A stretch of DNA of 64,000 bases, taken from positions 256,001 through 320,000 of the forward strand of contig CAXXYE010000003.1 of assembly GCA_963674865.2 (NCBI GenBank), in the 5' to 3' direction. This document shows positions 60,274-64,000 of this stretch, in pieces (the first letter of the stretch is position 1; every line of letters starts with the position of its first letter). The notes below the pieces were generated by a model that saw only the letters and a list, made by a program, of their open reading frames with translations, was not told where the DNA came from and did no database searches. The position numbers were made by a program, and so were the translations under genes. Source of the stretch: Candidatus Hydrogenedentota bacterium. GTDB lineage: Bacteria > Hydrogenedentota > Hydrogenedentia > Hydrogenedentales > SLHB01.

Positions 60274-61113
60274 TCACTCAGGGGCGGCGTCCGCGGGCTC
60301 CACAGGCTTCGGCCTCTTCAGGCGCTTCTCGAAGTACTTCTCGATATTGCTTGCCCGCTCCCCTCGAATAGCACTGCGGTCGTTCGGGCTTCCGCTCCAA
60401 TCATAAAGGATGGCGATCTTGCGATCCTTGCCCAGGGGCTCGAACAGGCAGGCATCACGTACGACAAGCGTGTACTGCCCGAGGCCGCGGGTGGGATCGC
60501 CCGTCTCGGCGTAGGCGTCGCCCGATACCTCCAATACGAACGCCAGGAGCAGCGCCCGGCCCTTCCCCGTTTGCTCCTTCACGAGGCGCAGGTACTTGGC
60601 CTTCTCCGTGTCCACGGCCACCGGGGGCGTCGTGAGCCGCCAGCTCCAGTCCTTCTCGCGTATGTCGTGCTGCCCGACGGCCTGTGCTTCCGTCGCGAGG
60701 CCGCTCTGCTCCGCGGCGGACACTTCGCCCTGGTAATTGCCCCGGCCAAAGAACGTGGCCGAGACTTCCAGCCCGGAGTACTGCTCCTTGTTGGCGTCAT
60801 AGCCGTCCAGTTTGAACGGCGCCCCCAGGACAAGCCATTTGCGTTCGTATAGTCGTACGCTTTCGCGCTCGGAAAGGTGCGCTGCCCATCGCGTACGGAA
60901 TTCCTCGTCCGTCTCGAATTCGCCGCGCGGCGCCGGCTCTCTCAATGCATGCGTCGCTTCATACGCCTCCTGGACAATCGACTGCAACCAGTCCTTCTCA
61001 CTGCCTTTGACGACGCCCAGCGGCTTATCATCAGCCAGGACGTTTGAGGCTGAAAGCAGTAGAACTACGGACGCTACTGGCCTCAACAGGCCCCTCTTCC
61101 GCCTGGTTCTCAT
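60274..61113 (-). CDS. Exported hypothetical protein
   Basis: AAGGAGGT RBS; signal peptide; PRGEFETDEEF motif. Confidence 0.65.
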   Translation of the reverse strand: MRTRRKRGLLRPVASVVLLLSASNVLADDKPLGVVKGSEKDWLQSIVQEAYEATHALREPAPRGEFETDEEFRTRWAAHLSERESVRLYERKWLVLGAPFKLDGYDANKEQYSGLEVSATFFGRGNYQGEVSAAEQSGLATEAQAVGQHDIREKDWSWRLTTPPVAVDTEKAKYLRLVKEQTGKGRALLLAFVLEVSGDAYAETGDPTRGLGQYTLVVRDACLFEPLGKDRKIAILYDWSGSPNDRSAIRGERASNIEKYFEKRLKRPKPVEPADAAPE

Positions 61114-61324
61114 GAGAATGACCTCCTTCGCTTGTGCCGTGTCCGGCGCACCGACTATGGCCAAGCTCCTGCTCGTCATGATGCCAAGTTCAGTATGGCT
61201 ACCCACGGATAGCAGTTCAAATCCCGCCGCCCGGGGACTTGCATTCCCGCCCCGGGGCAGGCGAAGATCGCGCACGTATTCGAGAGTCGAAATGCAGCCA
61301 TCCTTTATCTTGAAGAGGAATGAT

Positions 61325-62284
61325 ATGTTCTGTGCTATCCCAGCCCTCTTTCTGGCCCTGTCCGTTCAGAGCGCCTCCCCGGTAGCGGCAGGCACCCCTC
61401 CACCGCCCGCGATGGAACTCACGATTTCCAGCACGGCCGATGGCACGTCCCAGCCATGCCTCGCCATCCCTTCAATACGACGCGGGCCGCAGCCGCTGCT
61501 GGTGGCGCTCCATCCCTGGAGCCATGGATACAACACCTACGACATGTCCGACTGGCGCAATGCCGCTGTCGAGCGTGGATGGCACGTTATCTTTCCGCAC
61601 TTCCGCGGGCCGAATAAGCAGCCCGACGCCTGCGCGTCGGCCTTGGCGCGTCAGGATGTCCTCGACGCAACGGCGTATGCATGTGAGCACTGGAATGTTG
61701 ACGAACGCCGCATCTATCTCGCGGGAGGCTCCGGCGGCGGGCACATGGCCATGGCTATGGCGGCCCACGCGCCGCACGTCTGGGCGGGCGTGTCCGCCTG
61801 GGTGGGCATCAGCGACCTCGCCGCGTGGCACCAAGAGTGCAAGGCCGCCGGACGGAAGTATTGGCGCGATATCGAGGGCGTGGTCGGGGGGGCGCCGGGT
61901 GCGTCACCGGAAGTCGACGAGCAACTTCGATACCGCTCGCCCATCCATCATCTCGCCGCCGCCAAAGATCTGCCCATGGATCTCAACGCCGGCATCCACG
62001 ACGGCCACACAGGATCCGTCCCCATCCACCACACCCTCGACGCCTTCAATGTGCTTGCCCAGGCGTTGGGCGCCGCCCCGGTAACTGACGAGGAGATCGC
62101 CACGCTTTCCAAGGAGGAGCCTCTGGCGAGCCGGGAGGAGCAGGATGCCACCTATGGCCGGATGCTGTATTTGCGCCGCACCGCCGGGCCTTCGCGCGTG
62201 AGCATCTTCGAAGGAGGCCACCAGGCCATCCCCACCGCCGCCTGCAAATGGCTCGCACGGCAACGCCGGCCCGTGGAGCGGTAG
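61325..62284 (+). CDS. Exported alpha/beta-hydrolase (S9 peptidase/esterase-like)
   Basis: PLLVALHPWS, nucleophile elbow GGSGGG, GIHDGH and FEGGH. Confidence 0.85.
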   Translation: MFCAIPALFLALSVQSASPVAAGTPPPPAMELTISSTADGTSQPCLAIPSIRRGPQPLLVALHPWSHGYNTYDMSDWRNAAVERGWHVIFPHFRGPNKQPDACASALARQDVLDATAYACEHWNVDERRIYLAGGSGGGHMAMAMAAHAPHVWAGVSAWVGISDLAAWHQECKAAGRKYWRDIEGVVGGAPGASPEVDEQLRYRSPIHHLAAAKDLPMDLNAGIHDGHTGSVPIHHTLDAFNVLAQALGAAPVTDEEIATLSKEEPLASREEQDATYGRMLYLRRTAGPSRVSIFEGGHQAIPTAACKWLARQRRPVER

Positions 62285-62294
62285 AGGCGAGCGC

Positions 62295-64000
62295 CTACGA
62301 ACTCTTATCAGCCTCTTCGGGGGCGATATAGCAGAGGACGTGCTGGTGTACCGTGTCGGCATGGAGCCGGACGGTTGGTTGGCCCGGCAAGTCTGCCGCA
62401 TCGAAGACCTTGACAAGCTCCTCTTGTCCGGCGGCATCGGGCAGGAGGCTTGCAAGCTTGTTCGGACACGCCTCGAAAAGTGTCTTGTTGAGCCAGTGGT
62501 CCTGCTGGTTAGGCATCACTGCAAGGTACAGGATGTCCATCTCCACCATCTCGCTGAAGAAATGTGTGCCCATGGATACATCCGGGACCAGGTCATCGCG
62601 CATGGCCACGATCTCGCAGAGCACGGATATGGTGTTGATCTCGGCAAAGGACACCGGCACGCCCAGCGAAGGCGTTGTTGTGCCCCAGCGCCCCGGCCCC
62701 AACAGCATGGTAGATGTTTGCTCGTTGCCGCCGTCCAGATGCGTAAGGCGGCCGATGAGGCGGGCCACGGCATACCGCTCGCGCACGGGAAGTTGGCCGT
62801 ACACCGCCGGCACGATGTAGATGAAGCGCTCGACGGTGTCGATCCGGCTCGGGCCGATAACGGGGCCGGTCGTTTCGATGATTCGGTGCTCGTCATCGAT
62901 ATTCTTCGGCGGCTCGGCAACGGGCGCCGCCATCTTGGCCTGGAGCGGGCGGCATTGCACAAGGTTTACACGGTAGTTCTCGTCGTCCTGGAAATTCGTC
63001 GTCCATTCAACGTCTACCGGGCACGCGTAGGCGTCCTCGAGGGCGCGAAGCATACCGCGCATATCCTCCACGAACCGGGTGCGCTTCAATAGCCGGTCGA
63101 AAGTGAGAATGCGCTGCGGCTTTGTATTCCGGCCCTGCTCGCGCGCGCGGCGGGCCATGCGGGCGTCGGCCGAGGCGTAGAGATTGAGGGGCAGGTCGGG
63201 GCTGTGTGCCTCGACCGTGGCGAAATCGGACGTGATAAGTTGGTTCCCGTCCAGATCGAGCACATCCACTTTGTACTGGGCCCGACGCACGCCGTCCTCT
63301 TCGCCCGGATCGGGCCGCCGATCGGGAGCGTTAAGGGCCACAATCCGCGTGTAGTCGTCATCGGAGCGATCCACGGCGCGTGTTCCAAGGCCGAATACGA
63401 TGCGCAAGAGGCCGGCGCGGGGGTCGATGGCTTCGTTCCAGACGTATGGGTTGAACGAGAATCCAACGCCCGCGACCTGGGGATAGAATAGGTGCTCGTG
63501 GAGCGCACCCGATACACGCTGCACCAGCAGCGCCATCTGTTCATCGCGGTCAAGCAGGCCGTGGCGTGCGCGGTACGAGAGCGCCTCTTCGCTCATGCTG
63601 CTCGCGTATACCGTCTTCACGGCCGACACGAAGTCCTCGAGGCGCTGGTGCCGCGAGCCCTGGTTTGCGCAGAAGACGCTCTCGTATTTTCCTGCGAAGG
63701 AGTTTCCGAAGTTGTCCTCCAACAGACTGCTGGAACGGACGATAATTGGCGCTTGTCCGAAGTAGTCCAGCATTTCGGAGAAGCGCTGTTCGATATCTTC
63801 AGGAAATGTGCCCGTGAGGATGCGCCGGCGCGCCGGCACGGCCCCTTTCAGGAATGTTTCCGGCTGCTTCTGGTTCTGCCGTAGCCACCAGACGCCGTTG
63901 CGGACCAGGTAGGTGTAGAAGACATCAGACGCGATGTAGAACGAATCATGCGCCTCGAGAAGTCCTATCCAGCGAGAGTCGGCGCGCTTAAGGATCGCCC
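62295..64000 (-). CDS. PEP/pyruvate-binding (PPDK N-terminal-like) domain protein; N-terminus is beyond the window
   Basis: VRSSSLLED...FAGKYES, GLGTRAV, VQCRPL, GPGRWG and SMGTHFF. The frame appears to stay open to the window end. Confidence 0.88.
   Translation of the reverse strand, partial: AILKRADSRWIGLLEAHDSFYIASDVFYTYLVRNGVWWLRQNQKQPETFLKGAVPARRRILTGTFPEDIEQRFSEMLDYFGQAPIIVRSSSLLEDNFGNSFAGKYESVFCANQGSRHQRLEDFVSAVKTVYASSMSEEALSYRARHGLLDRDEQMALLVQRVSGALHEHLFYPQVAGVGFSFNPYVWNEAIDPRAGLLRIVFGLGTRAVDRSDDDYTRIVALNAPDRRPDPGEEDGVRRAQYKVDVLDLDGNQLITSDFATVEAHSPDLPLNLYASADARMARRAREQGRNTKPQRILTFDRLLKRTRFVEDMRGMLRALEDAYACPVDVEWTTNFQDDENYRVNLVQCRPLQAKMAAPVAEPPKNIDDEHRIIETTGPVIGPSRIDTVERFIYIVPAVYGQLPVRERYAVARLIGRLTHLDGGNEQTSTMLLGPGRWGTTTPSLGVPVSFAEINTISVLCEIVAMRDDLVPDVSMGTHFFSEMVEMDILYLAVMPNQQDHWLNKTLFEACPNKLASLLPDAAGQEELVKVFDAADLPGQPTVRLHADTVHQHVLCYIAPEEADKSS

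Overview
GC-rich bacterial chromosomal window with about 50 CDSs. Gene content and C-terminal sorting-signal style are suggestive of Candidatus Hydrogenedentota or a similar lineage (inference only). Housekeeping and carbon genes: gap-pgk, glgP, pgl, bcp, comEA, a DRG/TGS-type GTPase and a partial PEP/pyruvate-binding protein. Signalling: three hybrid histidine kinases, an ECF sigma/zf-HC2 anti-sigma pair, an AraC regulator and a stand-alone sigma region-4-like protein. Many glycan and exported-enzyme genes: sulfatase, sialate O-acetylesterase, glycosyltransferases, two RfbE-like epimerases, Gfo/Idh/MocA proteins. Mobile DNA: an intact IS200-family element, an intact IS4-family element with a 9-bp target duplication, a CTAG-bounded MITE holding a REP-like pair, and an inverted-repeat-bounded remnant of a RAYT-like Y1 transposase. 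Two main leads. (1) An 11.9-15.1 kb island in which cargo (CPBP protease, hypothetical protein, headless Cys-rich ORF) is cut off at GGAA-N-GGGACAGA palindromic ends linked to the Y1 remnant, a candidate REP-driven gene-capture system. (2) A ~245-nt structured transcript with its own promoter and terminator, plus two small ORFs, upstream of the sigma region-4-like gene. No rRNA, tRNA or CRISPR array was seen. All family calls come from reading motifs by eye, not from database searches.
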